NCBI GenBank assembly: GCA_030324005.1
Contig: JARDVH010000115.1
Span: 34,432,792 to 34,496,791, forward strand
Length of the DNA stretch: 64,000 bases
Origin: Negaprion brevirostris
Lineage: Eukaryota
Direction: 5' to 3'
Made by a program: the position numbers and the translations under genes. Below, piece by piece: positions 1 to 13,676 of this stretch. The notes under the pieces were generated by a model. That model was not told the DNA's origin and did no database searches. It saw only the letters and a list, made by a program, of their open reading frames with translations. Numbering within the stretch: the first letter of the stretch is position 1; the number at the start of each line of letters is the position of its first letter.

Positions 1-27
1 TTTGTTTCTGAATGACAATGTTACCTA

Positions 28-225
<198 letters not shown>

Positions 226-739
226 CTATAAAAAATAGAATTAATATTGTTTCCTTGTACAGATATTTTACACATGCCCATAATTTTTTCCTACTATCAC
301 ACATCTTTACTTTAGGAGTTAGAGAGTACTGTCTTCAAATATATTAATCCACTGAAGGTATACTTAACTGGTATGGAAGGCAAACTGGAGGAATTTGTTC
401 CCTAGGTGACCTTAAGACGGACAAACTTACCCTCAAGAGATCAGACTGCAAATATTAACTAGGTCTAGGATTTAATTTGGAATCTTAGGAGTTAAAAACT
501 TCAAGAATAAAACTAAGGAGCCAATTCAAATACTGATCATACAAATGGTAACCGTGGCTAAAATCTGGTCTTTGAACCATGCTTTCAGGTACTCAGCTTT
601 GAACAATGCGGCACCATTACACTTGGGAGAAAAATGATGTGCATGTTTACATTTACAAAAATAATACACACACTTTGTCAACTACCTTGAAGTGGATGTT
701 TAAAATTTCATTGTTTCTGACACTCTGAATTCTGAACCC

Positions 740-1420
740 ATGTATGCCTTTTCAGCTGTTTCCTGATCTTGCCTTGCCAGCTTCAATGATTTGTGCATGT
801 GTACTTTTAGGGTTCTCTGTTCCTGGACCCGCTTTTAGAGTTGTATCCTTCATTTTGTATCGCCTCGCCACTCTTTTCCAAATATCTGCATTAAATTTCA
901 CTTGATGTGGAGATGCTGGCATTGGACTGGGGTAAACATAGTAAGAAGGCTCACCACACCAGGTTAAAGTCCAAGAGTGGCATTTACTACCAATAAACCT
1001 GTTGGACTTTAACCTGGTGTTGAGAGACTTCTTACTGTATTAAATTTCACTTGCCATTTGTCTGCCTATTCCACTGGCCCATGAAGTCAGTCATTATCCA
1101 ACTCACAGGTCATTATGTTTCCAAGTTTAGTTTCATCTGTATGTTTTGAAATTGTGTCCTATACATCCAAATCCAGCTGAATAATTCATATCAAGATAAG
1201 CAGTAGTTTTAAGCATTGGGGAATACCATCACAATCTGAAAAATCATTTGCTAAGGCTCTCCCTGTTTTCTGTCACTGTGTCAATTTTGTATCCATGTTG
1301 TCACTGTTCCTTTTATTCCATGGACTTTAACTTCGGTGGCAAGCCTATCATGTGGCACTTTTCCCAGGTGTCTTTTGGAAGTCTATATACACATCAGCTC
1401 TTTTATCCTCATTAACTCCC
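740..1420 (-). mobile_element. Degenerate CR1 LINE RT-region relic
   Basis: Decayed reverse-strand RT motifs (KVPH.RL, FADDTKLG, WQ..FN..KC-like) with many indels. Confidence 0.55.
905..1038. mobile_element. Short palindromic insertion (Penelope-like terminal repeat derivative) with target-site duplication
   Basis: 35-bp inverted arms at 940-974 and 1002-1036; flanking direct repeat ATTAAATTTCACTTG at 890-904 and 1039-1053; interrupts a CR1 relic. Confidence 0.7.
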
Positions 1421-1597
1421 ATCCTATCAGCCCATCATTCTACTACTTTCTACCTGATGTGCTTATCTAGCTTCTCTTTAAATGTTTCTATGCTATTTGC
1501 AGAGGTTCAGTGTTATCTTTCTCTCTTTTACTCATCCAGTGTTTTGTTATTGACCAGCTAGTTTGCTTTTTACAATAATGAAATAATGTCTTTCTAT

Positions 1598-1772
1598 ACA
1601 AAAGCAAAATATTGCAGATGCTGGAAATCTGAAATAGAAAATATTGGTAATACTCAGCAGGTCTGGCAACATCTGTGGAGTAAAAAAGCATTAATATCAT
1701 TGACCTGAAATGTTAATTCTTTCTCCCTGCAGATGCATTTTGAACTCCTGAGTACTTCCAGCATTTTTTGTG
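1598..1772. mobile_element. Palindromic Penelope-like short repeat (related copies at ~60875-61015 and ~62395-62475)
   Basis: GCAGATGCTGGAAATCTGAAA...TACTCAGCAGGTCTGGCAACATCTGTGGAG followed by its degenerate reverse complement; recurs three times in the window. Confidence 0.55.
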
Positions 1773-2148
1773 TTAATGTTTTTCCTGAACTCCCTCGATC
1801 TATCTAGTCTATCAAAGTCTTTACCTGCTCCAGCTCTATATCCTGCCCTCCCAATGTTACTTTGATTTTTGTCTTGTATCTTTCTGAATCATTATTTTGA
1901 ACTTACGTTATGGTCACTATAATAAAGCAGATTTTTATACACATACAACTTTTATACTTAATTTATGGAAGCAGTAAATTATAAATCAAGAATTCCATGA
2001 ATGCATTGTGAGTTGTAACAATTCTAGGAAGGAATATTAGAAATAAATAACTTTTGAAATCATTAATGCAAATAGTTTCATGGCATATGAGCCACTTTGT
2101 GTGCAACAATACGTGGTAATTAATGTGCAAACCACAATCAGCACTCAC

Positions 2149-2205
2149 CTTCATAAATCCAAGAGCATGTTGAGAAAGATTTGCAAACTTCATTTCCAAA
2201 GGTTC
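2149..2205 (-). CDS. CDKL1: CDKL1 coding exon 7 (EPLEMKFANLSQHALGFMK)
   Basis: Acceptor CAG at 2208-2206, donor GTGAGT from 2148; 57 nt; resembles CDKL1 EPLELKFPNISYPALGLLK. Confidence 0.92.
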
Positions 2206-3149
2206 CTGTTCAGAAAATAAATTCTAGTTACACCAACATACTGCCAAAAAACACAGATAAATTTAATTTTCTAAAGTTTGCTTTCAATAAGGAACACAAT
2301 TTGTAAACAGATGAATTAGTAGTAATCATCAACCCGATGGCATTTGTTACGTTTCTCCACAAAATAGTTGTTTTTCTTCATATTTTCTGTCTTTTATAAA
2401 CATATCCCACTAACTAACAATGTTACTGCTTGGCTAGCAGAACGTACATCCAATCTAAGTTGAAAAAAGAGAGTTTAATACTTCTGTTTCTAACTTGCCT
2501 TAATTTCAGATTTCAATAATAATTACTAAAATAATATTTGTTTGATTATAGGCAATAGGGATGTAATTAGTGTTCCTCAGGCATACATTTAGAGCTTACT
2601 TCAGAACTCATGCTTCCATAGAGATAACTATATGTGCCAATTCCTAACCTATAGCTAAAATGGCAACAAACTGTTTCAATATTCACTGTCACTGAGACAA
2701 TGGTGAAATTAATTGATGTACAATTACAGATACTGTATGCAGCTTATACCACAGGTTTAGAGTAAAAGGTTCAACACCTCTTAACTAAATCAAATACACC
2801 ATTAGTGAATATTAACGGTTGCCATGATAATTGAATATACCTATTTGACAGTATAACAAAGATCAATTACACAAGAAAGATAAACTGAAAAGCCATCAAC
2901 ATTCAATGGTAAGTAAGTTTTACAATGCCTTTGTAGTTTATATTAATTGATTCTGTCAAAGTTTGCCTTCAAGATATAAAATCACACCAACTCATGGTGT
3001 TTCCTTATTGGTCTCTACATTGCACAGCGATTCACACTAGCCCAACTGGAATGTGATGATCACCATCTGCGGCTAAGGAGATAAATATTTGGACCAACAC
3101 GGTGCCAGAGTTCATAATGTAAGATTTACACTTGAGGGAATCTGTGTTT

Positions 3150-3850
3150 ATGGTTGATAACCTTTGTGCCACACAAGGGCGAGGCAATGATCACCTCCAG
3201 CCAGAGGGAATCAAACCATCTCCCTTTGACATTCAGTGCTATTCTCATCATTGAATTCCCTTGCCATTCTCCTCCGAGGAGTTACCGGTGACTAGAAAAT
3301 GAACTGGACCAGCTATAATGCCAAACAAAGGCTGGGAATTCTGTGGTGAGTAACTCACCTCCCGATTCCCCAAAGACTGTCAGCATCTACATAGCACAAG
3401 TCAGATGGAATACTCCGTACTAGGATGAATTTGGCTTCAACAACATTAAAGCTCAACACAGTCCAAGATAAAGCAGCCTTCTTGATCAATACCCCATTCA
3501 CTTCTTCCAGAATTAAGACACAGTGCAGCAATGTGTACCATATGCAATAACTGCAGTAATTCACCAAGACACCTTTAGCAGCATCTTTTAAACCCGTAAG
3601 CTTTACCACCTAAAAGGATAAGGGCAGCCAATGCATGGGAACACCACCACCTGCAAGTTGCCTTCCAAGCCACACTTGACTTGGAATTATATCGGTGTTC
3701 CTTCACTGTCACTGGATAAATACCTATACANNNNNNNNNNTGCAGTCATTCAAGAAGGCAGCTCAATGCCATCTTTTTGAGATCAATTAGGGTTGAGCAA
3801 CAAATGTTGGCCTTGTTAACTATGCTCAGAATTCACAAATGAATAAAACA
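3150..3850 (+). mobile_element. Non-LTR retrotransposon 3' end (CR1/L2 group); related copies at ~10700-11510 (-), ~53360-54050 (-), ~61840-62105 (+), ~62480-63260 (+)
   Basis: Shared blocks such as CAAGTCAG..GGAATACTC, CACCACCTGCAAGTT.CC.TCCAAG and TTCAAGAAGGCAGCTCA recur across these loci. Confidence 0.6.
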
Positions 3851-4275
3851 AATCCTGAATAGTTTATTGGTAATTTGTTTTGCATATCGCTGATACTATT
3901 GTGCTAAATTGAAAAATATCATACATTCCATTTTGGGAAGTTTTAATATTTTCAAAATTAATATGAAATCTAGATATGGCTACCCACTTTAATGGCAGCC
4001 TGAAAGCCACTGGTATTCCAATGATTGTGGCAGCCAAAAATCTCTAAACCTAAACTCTGCCCTATATTTGGCAGAAATCCCAATGGGGACAGCCTATCAT
4101 TTATAGTTAAATAATTCCTGAGGTTGGAGGCAAGGATGCAGTTTCATGGTGGAGAGTGATGTACTTCAATCAAAGGGAATGGAAAGTCTAGGGTATGGAA
4201 TAAAAAAAGATTCAGACTCCAATATTCAAACAGTGAATAACCCATTTGTTTTCAATGCTACATTTCCAACAACTA

Positions 4276-4488
<213 letters not shown>

Positions 4489-4854
4489 TTAAAACATGTT
4501 GAGCTGCTGTGATACAATGTGAAACTAGCAGGTACAGTCCAATCTCCAAGGTATTGCCATCCAACAATCAACTCTTAATGGTTAAGCAAACACCAACTGT
4601 GAGTTCAAAGAGAAAGAAAACCAATCTGACCTGTGTTTAATCCAAGCATGCAATTCCAGAAAGCAAAGCAATTCAATATTACACACACACTTTGGCACCA
4701 GAATAATATATCTTCATTTAATGCCCCTGAAATTACAAGAATGCGCAGACTGCAGCATACATTTATAATGCCATTCTAACTCCCATCAGTAAATATAATC
4801 AATCTCCTGTCATAAGGAATGATAAACAAACTTTAAAAGTCCCTACTTTAAAAT

Positions 4855-5185
4855 TTGATTTGATTTATCGTCATCACATGTATTAGCATACAGTGAAAAG
4901 TATTTTTTGTGCGTGATACATACAAAGCATACCACACAGAGAAGAAAAGGAGCGAGTGCAGAATGTAGCGTTACAGTCATAATTAGGGTGTAGAGAAAGA
5001 TCAGCTTAATGTGAAGTAATCAGGAGTCTGATGGCAGCAGGGAAGAAACTGTTTTTGAGTTGGTTGGTGTATGATCTCAGACTTTTGTATCTTTTTCCTG
5101 ATGGAAGAAGGTCAAAGAGAGTATGTCTGGGAGACATGCGGTCCTTGATTAGGCTGGCTGCTTTTCTGAGGCAGTGGGACGCATA
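4855..5185 (-). mobile_element. Rex1/Babar-like LINE 3' end
   Basis: Translation HTLFDLLPSGKRYKSLRSYTNQLKNSFFPAAIRLL plus a 3' tail ending in AATAAATCAAATCAAA repeats. Confidence 0.7.
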
Positions 5186-7779
5186 AAAATTACCAAATTC
5201 TGTCCTTATTTTTATATTTGCATTATAAATTTTCCACTGAAGATGATGATGGTTCTTAGGCAGCGGGGGATTGTGAAATTGCCTCTGGGATTCCCTCTGG
5301 CTTCCCACCTGCCCAACCTCGTGGCAGGCAAGATCAGGAAAGCCCATCTCTGCTCCAATTGGGAACCTTAGATGGCTAATTAAGGGCCATTTCCTGTTAG
5401 GCTGGCAGGTGGATTGAAACTTCATGGAGAAACCTGAAAACAAAAGTTAAATCTTGGATGGGATCTCCATCATAAGCCCTCTTCTGACTGAGGCGAAAGG
5501 GCCAGTGGTCATTAGCCCCCATTTTACATGAACAAAAGGATGGTCAGGGAAACTCCTGTAAAACAATAATGTACATCCCTTTAACCCCAGCTGAGACACA
5601 AATGATGACTAGGGACCTATCCAGCTATAGCCAAAAGCACACAATTACGGATTTCTGGAATGAGTTGGAAGAAATGATCAACATCTACTCACTGCACTCA
5701 GAGGACAAGTTCTCAGGTTTGCCAACAAATGAATAACTTAGTTACCAATTAAATCAACAAAGCATCATTGTCGTGAAGATAAGGGTCCTAGCCACAAAAC
5801 CAGTCTGAGCAACTAGCTGGTAAAGACCACATGAAATTCTGATGACCAGTGATACATGTCCATGTGTGCACACAAAAGGGAAAGGCTGGTGTAAGCACTG
5901 GACATGGATTTAGTATGGAAGCGCAAAGGGTAATAATGACTAACTGGTGACAAGTAGTGTCCATTCTTTACAGGGATATAAAAAGTGTGATATTGTTAGT
6001 ATGTGTGATGACCATGACCAGCCTCATCATAGAAAAAAGCAAGACAGCTGACCAAGTTCTACAAAAGCTCAAGTGAAGGCCAGCTGTCATCAGGAGCATT
6101 TAAAAACCAATGTTCACAAACAAATATGTCAAAGATGTATTCCCAAACAACTTGATGGTGGAACAATCAGACCATGGGAAGTACCCTTGGGACTTCCGAC
6201 GTAAACTTACCCGATGATGCATCAAGTGCTGGGGATGAATGCATCATATAACAATCACCACCATCACGTAATAAGCACCACCTTGGATTCCCCCAAACAT
6301 CAACCTAATACGTTGAGGAACGTGTCCTGGGAATGGTATGAGGGAGATACAAAGAGAGAAAGGCAATTGGAGACTGTGTCCAAGGGATCATCCCACAACC
6401 CCAGCAACTTCAACCATTGGGACCATCACTACTATCACCTAAAATGCTCCCATATACACCCTGGACCTCAGAGTGGATCTGTGGAATGGGACTCCAGAAG
6501 GAACTTGTCTGAGGTAGCCTTGGTTGTGCTTAGTATTAGTTAGGTAGAACTGTTGGAGTGACGTGAAACACAGACAAGATCCTTCTAAAACTAACACTTC
6601 GATATGTGCTCCAAACAACAGGGGCATGTGCAGGATTTAATGCGCCCTGCTTAAAGGAGGCCTGCTCCGTGTTGCAGCGACATCTGCTATTAACTTCCTG
6701 GACATAGTGAATATGGATGACAAGTTAATCTTCAGATATCCACATTGAGGGAGCTTGTGTTAAGGGCCAATGAGTTGAAAAAACAGCAAGGGCAAAGTGA
6801 AGAAAGCCTGCCCAAAACCTCATTAGGATCTGTGCAAGTTCTAAAAGACCAAGCCCACATCATTTGCCAAATCTCAGCATCCCCTCATCAGACCTACACA
6901 TATAAGAACATAAGAAATAGGAGCAGGAGTAGGCCATCTAGCCCTTTGAGCCTGCCCTGCCATTCAATAAGATCATGGNNNNNNNNNNNNNNNNNNNNNN
7001 NNNNNNNNNNNNNNNNNNNNNNNNNNNNNNNNNNNNNNNNNNNNNNNNNNNNNNNNNNNNNNNNNNNNNNNNNNNNNNNNNNNNNNNNNNNNNNNNNNNN
7101 NNNNNNNNNNNNNNNNNNNNNNNNNNNNNNNNNNNNNNNNNNNNNNNNNNNNNNNNNNNNNNNNNNNNNNNNNNNNNNNNNNNNNNNNNNNNNNNNNNNN
7201 NNNNNNNNNNNNNNNNNNNNNNNNNNNNNNNNNNNNNNNNNNNNNNNNNNNNNNNNNNNNNNNNNNNNNNNNNNNNNNNNNNNNNNNNNNNNNNNNNNNN
7301 NNNNNNNNNNNNNNNNNNNNNNNNNNNNNNNNNNNNNNNNNNNNNNNNNNNNNNNNNNNNNNNNNNNNNNNNNNNNNNNNNNNNNNNNNNNNNNNNNNNN
7401 NNNNNNNNNNNNNNNNNNNNNNNNNNNNNNNNNNNNNNNNNNNNNNNNNNNNNNNNNNNNNNNNNNNNNNNNNNNNNNNNNNNNNNNNNNNNNNNNNNNN
7501 NNNNNNNNNNNNNNNNNNNNNNNNNNNNNTAACTTCATAAGGCATGCCTCCCAGTCCAGGCAACATCCTTGTAAATCTCCTCTGTACCCTCTCAATAGCT
7601 TCTACAAGTTGCTTTGTTGCATTTAATTTTGATCTTGTTGTGAGTTAAAAGTTGTAAAGGGCTGTAACAGCAACTGGGGAAACGAAAGGCATTGCCTACT
7701 GCCCAGACACAAACTCTGTTCACTGACCACTAATTCTGTGCTACTTCCTGCCCACTTTTAGACTGAATCACACAACCTT

Positions 7780-8170
7780 ACAATCAATTTAGCCTTAGGT
7801 TGAGCCTCTAAGGTACAGCCTACCACCACTTCTGTAGCATCATTCAACTTTTGTCCATGCCATTTGTTACTAAAATCTTCATTCGTGCTTTTATTTCCTC
7901 TAGACTTGAATACTACAGCACCCTACTGCTTCCCTGCCCCAATCTACCACATTCCATAAATTTGATCTCATTAAATCTCCTGCTACCTGTATCTAAACCT
8001 ATGCCAGATTGTGCTCATCCATCACCCCTGTGTTTACTGATCTATATTGGCTCCTGATCCACAAATGCCTTAACTTTAAAATTCTCACCCTAATGTTCAA
8101 CTTGCTTTCCCCCATGGCCTTACTCTTCACCATCTCTGTAACCTCCTCCAGCCTTGCAATGCTCAAAAAA
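7780..8170 (+). mobile_element. L2-like LINE 3' relic
   Basis: Translation IFIRAFISSRLEY...ITPVFTDLYWLLIHKCLNFKILTLMF, typical of L2 ORF2 C-termini. Confidence 0.6.
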
Positions 8171-8199
8171 CTCATGTTCTGGTTCACACTGGAAGCCAT

Positions 8200-8388
8200 G
8201 CTTTCCATTGGGTGCTCCAGTTTCCTCCCGCAGTCTGAAAGACGTGTTGATTAGGTGCATTGGCCATGCTAAATTCTTCTTCAGTGTACCCAAACAGGTG
8301 CCCAAGTGTGGCAACTAGAGGATTTTCACAGTAACTTCATTGCAGTGTTAATGTAAGCCTACTTGTGACACTAATAAATAGATTTAAA
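8200..8388 (+). mobile_element. HE1/V-SINE-like element, 5'-truncated, tail type B
   Basis: GGTGCTCCAGTTTCCTCCC...GGCCATGCTAAATTCT..CTCAGTGTACCC...GCCTACTTGTGACACTAATAAA. Confidence 0.8.
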
Positions 8389-9149
8389 CCTGCACCCCAC
8401 ACCAGAATTCACTCCTTACTCCTCTCAGTCTCTACACATTTATCACTCTCCATAAAAAATGTCCATTTGTCTATGCTTTTAGGTGTTCCTCCTAATGCCT
8501 CTTTTGACTGTGTCAATTTTTGTCTTCCTATGTTGCCATGAAGTGGATCATTTCAGAATGATAAGGGTGCCATGTAAATGTAAATTGCTGTTTAGGTAAT
8601 TTAAATGGATTTATATGTCTATGTTCAAAAGTAATTAAAACCTACAAATAATTGTTCAATTAAGAACCCTGTATTTATGTAGCACCTTTCATGATTTCTG
8701 GATGTCCTGAAGCACTTGACAACTAATGAAGTCACTATTGTAACATAGAAAATGTGACAGCCAATTTGTACACAGCAAGCTCCCACAATCAAAAACATGA
8801 CTAGATAACTTGCTTTTCAGTAATGCTGATTCAGATACAAATTCTGGCCAGAACACAGTGGGGAATCTCCTGGATCTTCTCCTATATCGTGTCATGGAAC
8901 CTTTTATGTCCATCCGAAAGGGCATGTTCAGTTATCTCTGGGAGAAAGCACCTCCAACAGTGTGACACACCCCCACTGCTTCATTGCAGTGTCAGTTTTT
9001 GATTTTGGTGCTCAAGTCTCTGAGTTTGGAATTGTAGTCTCAACTTTCTGACTCAGGAGATGAGAATGCTACCAACCAAGTTGACATCTAACATGCCTGA
9101 GAGCCCTGTATTCCTAAGATGCAAGAAATCAGCTTTTTAAAAAAAGTTT

Positions 9150-9420
9150 TAAAGTTTGTTTATTAGTGTCACAAGTAGGCTTACATTAACACTGCAATGA
9201 GGTTACTGTGAAAATCCCCTAGTCACCACACTCCAGCACTGTTTGGTTACACTGAGGGAGAATTTAGCATGGCCAGTGCTCCTAACCAGAGCAATCAGAG
9301 GGAACCCAGGCAGACAAGGGGAGAATGTGTAGATTCTGCACAGACAGCGACATAAGCTGGGAATCTTTTCTGGGTCTTTGGCTCTGTGAGGCAGCAGTGC
9401 TAACCACTGTGCCACCACGC
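9150..9420 (-). mobile_element. HE1/V-SINE-like element, tail type B
   Basis: Reverse complement of the tRNA-like head GGCACAGTGGTTAGCACTGCTGCCTCAC and of the type B tail. Confidence 0.85.
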
Positions 9421-9472
9421 TGCATCGTTTTGCAAACTTTATTAATGACAACTTGAACTGCTTGGAAACTTA

Positions 9473-9739
<267 letters not shown>

Positions 9740-9904
9740 TTAAAATCATGACAATATCTTAACATGAAATTAGAAAAACGCTGAGTTGCCTTTGGCAACC
9801 AAACCTTACTTTGATGGGGAAAACATGACTTTGACAAAATCAATTCAGCATTTACCAAAATACATTAATACAATGTATTGCTTTAGTGATGTAGAGCATC
9901 CACT

Positions 9905-10195
9905 GTAGTGGCACAGTGGTTAGAACTGCTGCCTCAGCGCCAGGGATCTGAGTACAATTCCAGCCTCGGTGACTGTGCAGAGTTTACACATTCTCCCTGC
10001 AGCTGTGTGGGTTTTCTCCCACAGTCCAAAGATGTGCCGGTTAGATTGATTGGCCATGCTAAATTCCCACTTAGTATCAGGGGAATTAGCAGGGTAAATA
10101 TGTGGGGTTATGGGAATAGGGCCTGAGTGGGATTGTCATTGGTGAGGCTCGATGGGTCAAATGAACTCCTTCTGCACTGTAGAGATTCTATGATG
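9905..10195 (+). mobile_element. HE1-like SINE, CR1-type tail A
   Basis: tRNA-like head, V-domain-like core, tail GATGGG.C.AATG..CTCCTTCTGCACTGTAG.GATTCTATGA. Confidence 0.85.
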
Positions 10196-10989
10196 AGTGT
10201 ACAGCAGCTACATTTTGAACAGAGTAGTCACACAAAAAGCAATGAAATGAATGACCAGTTATTCTGGTTGGATAATGTTGAATGAGGAAGGAATATTAAT
10301 CAAGGCATTGAAAACACTCTCCGCATCCTGAGGGGACCTTGTGGGCCAATTTTAACCCATTCACAACCCATTCATTTGCAGAGTGTTAAAATTGGTTCCC
10401 TTCCACTTTAGCAGTCAAAAGGGTCCCCAGTTTAGTATTTCCTTTAAATGATAGCAGCTCTGAAGGTACAACTTAAGCACTGGAATGTCAACCTGGATTA
10501 TGTGCTTGATTTATGGACTGAGCTTTAACCTCACAATCTTTTAACCTAAAGACAAAAGTGCTGTCAATTAATCAAAATATTTTCCCAAAATTTAACACAC
10601 TTAACTCGTGCGTTCTTCTTCCATATCTGATTCGTATTTAAGTATATTCAAAGGGCTTTTTTTTTAAAAAAAGAAACACTATATTGTAGGGTGAAAACAA
10701 ATTTTTATTCGTTCATAGGACATGTGCAATACCGGCTGGCCATTTATTGCCCATCTCTAGTTGCCCTTGAGAAGGTGATGGTGAGCTGCCTTCTTGAATT
10801 GCTGCTCGTCTTTCTTGGTGGAAGTGGTCGTGGGTTTGGAAGGTGCTGCGTAAGGATCTTTGGTGAAATGCCGCAGTGCATCTAGTAGGTGGTACACACT
10901 GCTGCTGAGTGTCGATGGTGGATGGAGTGGATGTGGTGTCAATTAAGCGGCCTACTTCGTCCTAGATATTGTCAAGCTTCTTGAGTGTT

Positions 10990-11310
10990 CATAGAATCCC
11001 TGCAGTGCAGAAGGAAGACCTTCGGCCCACCACCGACAACAATCCTACCCAGTCACCCCACATCTTTACCTCGCTAATCCCCCTGACACTAAGGGGCAAT
11101 TTAGCATGGCCAATCAACCTAACACACACATCTTTGGACCGTGGGTGGAAAGCAGAGCACTTGAAGGAAACGCATGCAGACATGCANNNNNNNNNNNNNN
11201 NNNNNNNNNNNNNNNNNNNNNNNNNNNNNNNNNNNNNNNNNNNNNNNNNNNNNNNNNNNNNNNNNNNNNNNNNNNNNNNNNNNNNNNNGCAACTACTGTG
11301 CCACCGTGCC
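10990..11310 (-). mobile_element. HE1-like SINE (tail A, contains an N gap) nested in an older LINE relic
   Basis: Reverse complement of the SINE core and tail; the host element resumes at ~11311 (ATGTTGTTGGAGTTGCAC). Confidence 0.8.
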
Positions 11311-11989
11311 ATGTTGTTGGAGTTGCACCCATCCAGGCAAGAGGGGAGTGTTCCATCACACTCCTGACTTGAACTTTGTAGATGGTGGACAGGTTTTGGC
11401 GAGTCAGGAGGCAAATTACTCCTATTCTCTGACCTGCTCTTGTAGCTATTGTGTTTATGTGGCAAGTCTAGTTGAATTTCTGGTCAATGGTAACCCCAAA
11501 AACGTTGAGTGAAATATATAATATAAATTTATAATAAATATTGAAATATATATTGAATAAATATATATTCAATGTATGAAATTAGTTGAAAACCTTTGAA
11601 TTATTTAAAGCCACCAGGGTGCCGACATCAAGACATGGAATCAAGATAGTGCCATATGCCTCCCACCAACCCCACCAAGCTTACTTTTGCTATTTATTAA
11701 GATTGTGGCTGAACCTTGATCATTCCACTTTCCTGCTCAATCTCATGTCTCATTTCCTAAGAGTTCAAAACTCTTCCAATCTCAGCTTTGAATATGCAAT
11801 TAAGCACCCAGTCTTCTGGGATGGGAATTCCAAAGATTCAGCACCAAGCTACAATGGACTAACCTAAACATTGTTACATAAATGTGGATTTTCACTGTTA
11901 TTCTGGTGCTTTATACTGGTTTTTGGACAAGGTGCTTCAAGTGGATGACTGTGTTAACAACCTTTTATTCACCATCTTTCTCAGCTGCT

Positions 11990-12860
11990 CCATTAGATCT
12001 GATTTACCACAGTTTGTCTAATACAGTAACTGATGACCAGGAATACTCACTTGAATATTGGGAAGACTGAATCCATTGTCTTTGGCCCTTCCCATGAACT
12101 GTTTCCCAGTCACCAATTCTATTCCTTTCCCCACCCACTCTGGGGCTGAACCAGACCGTTCACAACTTTGATATTCTATTTGATCCTTAGCTGAGCTTCT
12201 GACCCCATATCTTCCCTATCATCAAAATCCTCTATGTGAACTGTTCTAATGTTGTCCATGTCCTCCCCTACCTCAACCCATTTGCTGCTAAAACCTTAAT
12301 CCACACTTTCATCATCTCCAGACTCAACTAGTCCAATGCTCTACAGTCTTCTATACCACCCTCCATAAACTTCAGCACATACAAATTCTGCAGCCTATAT
12401 TCTAACTTTCATTGAGTTCTGTTCACCTCTGTGCTTGGTGACCTGTATTAGATTTTTGGTCTGCAACACTGCAAATTTAGGTCTTTCATCATAGTGTTCA
12501 AATCCTTCCATGCCTTGCTCTTCCTTATTTCCGCAATCTCAAGCCCTATGGCCCTCTGAGAACTTTGCTTTCCTCCAATTTTGACCTTCTACGAATCCCC
12601 CGTAACTTTAGCATACTGTCGGCAACTATTTTCAGCTTCTGTGGCCTGAAGCTCTAGAATTCCCTCCATAAATCTTTGTCTCTTTCTCTCCTCCTTTAAA
12701 ACCTGCCTCTTTATCCAAGCTTTTGGTCATTTGTCCTGATATTGTCTCCCATGGTTCAGTGTTAAATATGTTTTTTTATTGATAGCGTGCTTGTTAAGCA
12801 CCTTGGGATATTTTTCTGCGTTAAAGGTGCTATACAAATACAAGTTGTTGTTTTTATTTC
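11990..12860 (+). mobile_element. L2-like LINE 3' relic
   Basis: Decayed LIH.F..SRL..SNAL / L.DL.W / FKSFHAL coding followed by an L2-type tail ending GTTAAAGGTGCTATACAAATACAAGTTGTTG. Confidence 0.6.
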
Positions 12861-12976
12861 TCAGCTGCCTAAGCCCTGAGCAACGGAATTGCCATCCTGA
12901 AACTCTCCTAACTTAATATATAGAAATATCTTAAAACCCACCTCTTTTACCAAGCTCCAAGTTATCTAGCCTATGA

Positions 12977-13280
12977 GCAGCACAGTGGTTAGCACTGCTG
13001 CCTCATAGCAACAGGGATTTGTGTTCAGTTCAGTTTTGGGCAACTGTCTGTGTGGAGTTTGCACATTCTCCCCACGTTTGCAGGGGATTCCTCCATGTGC
13101 TCCGTTTTTCTCTCACAGTCCGCAAGATGTGCTATTTAGGTGCATTGGCCATGCTAAATTCTCCCTCAGTGTACCCAAACCACTCAGTGTCGCCAGGGTG
13201 TGGTGACTAGGAGATTTTCACAGTAGATTTACAACGTTAATGTAAGCCTACTTGTGACACTAATAAATAAAGTAAAAAAA
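12977..13280 (+). mobile_element. HE1/V-SINE-like element, tail type B
   Basis: Full head, core and tail ending GACACTAATAAATAAA. Confidence 0.85.
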
Positions 13281-13571
13281 ACTAATTTCTCCTAATGTGG
13301 CATTTCTGTGAATTTCCTTGCAACGTTTTACAATGATAAAGTCACCATATAAATGCAAGTTTTAGTTGGTATTGTAGTGAATCAGTTGTGAAATATAGCA
13401 ACATCCATTCTCCTCAATTTTCTGCACACTATGTACTCAATCCTGCTTTTAGTTAACAGTACTGTGATGTCACTTCTAAAAATGTTATGCAATTGCCTAA
13501 AATTTTGGTTTTGTTGTACAAATGGTAACAGCGACAATTAAACAGCCTTTAATGAAAATAGAGGACTTTCA

Positions 13572-13676
<105 letters not shown>

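Noticed and set aside
6745-7626. Long ORFs containing X runs (also near 11.0-11.5k, 17.0-17.5k, 19.1k, 26.8-27.6k, 32.1k, 51.1k, 54.1k, 55.9k)
   Set aside because: They are open only because they cross N gaps; the flanks are repeat fragments
11510-11585. AT-rich quasi-palindromic stretch
   Set aside because: Low-complexity sequence where short palindromes are expected by chance
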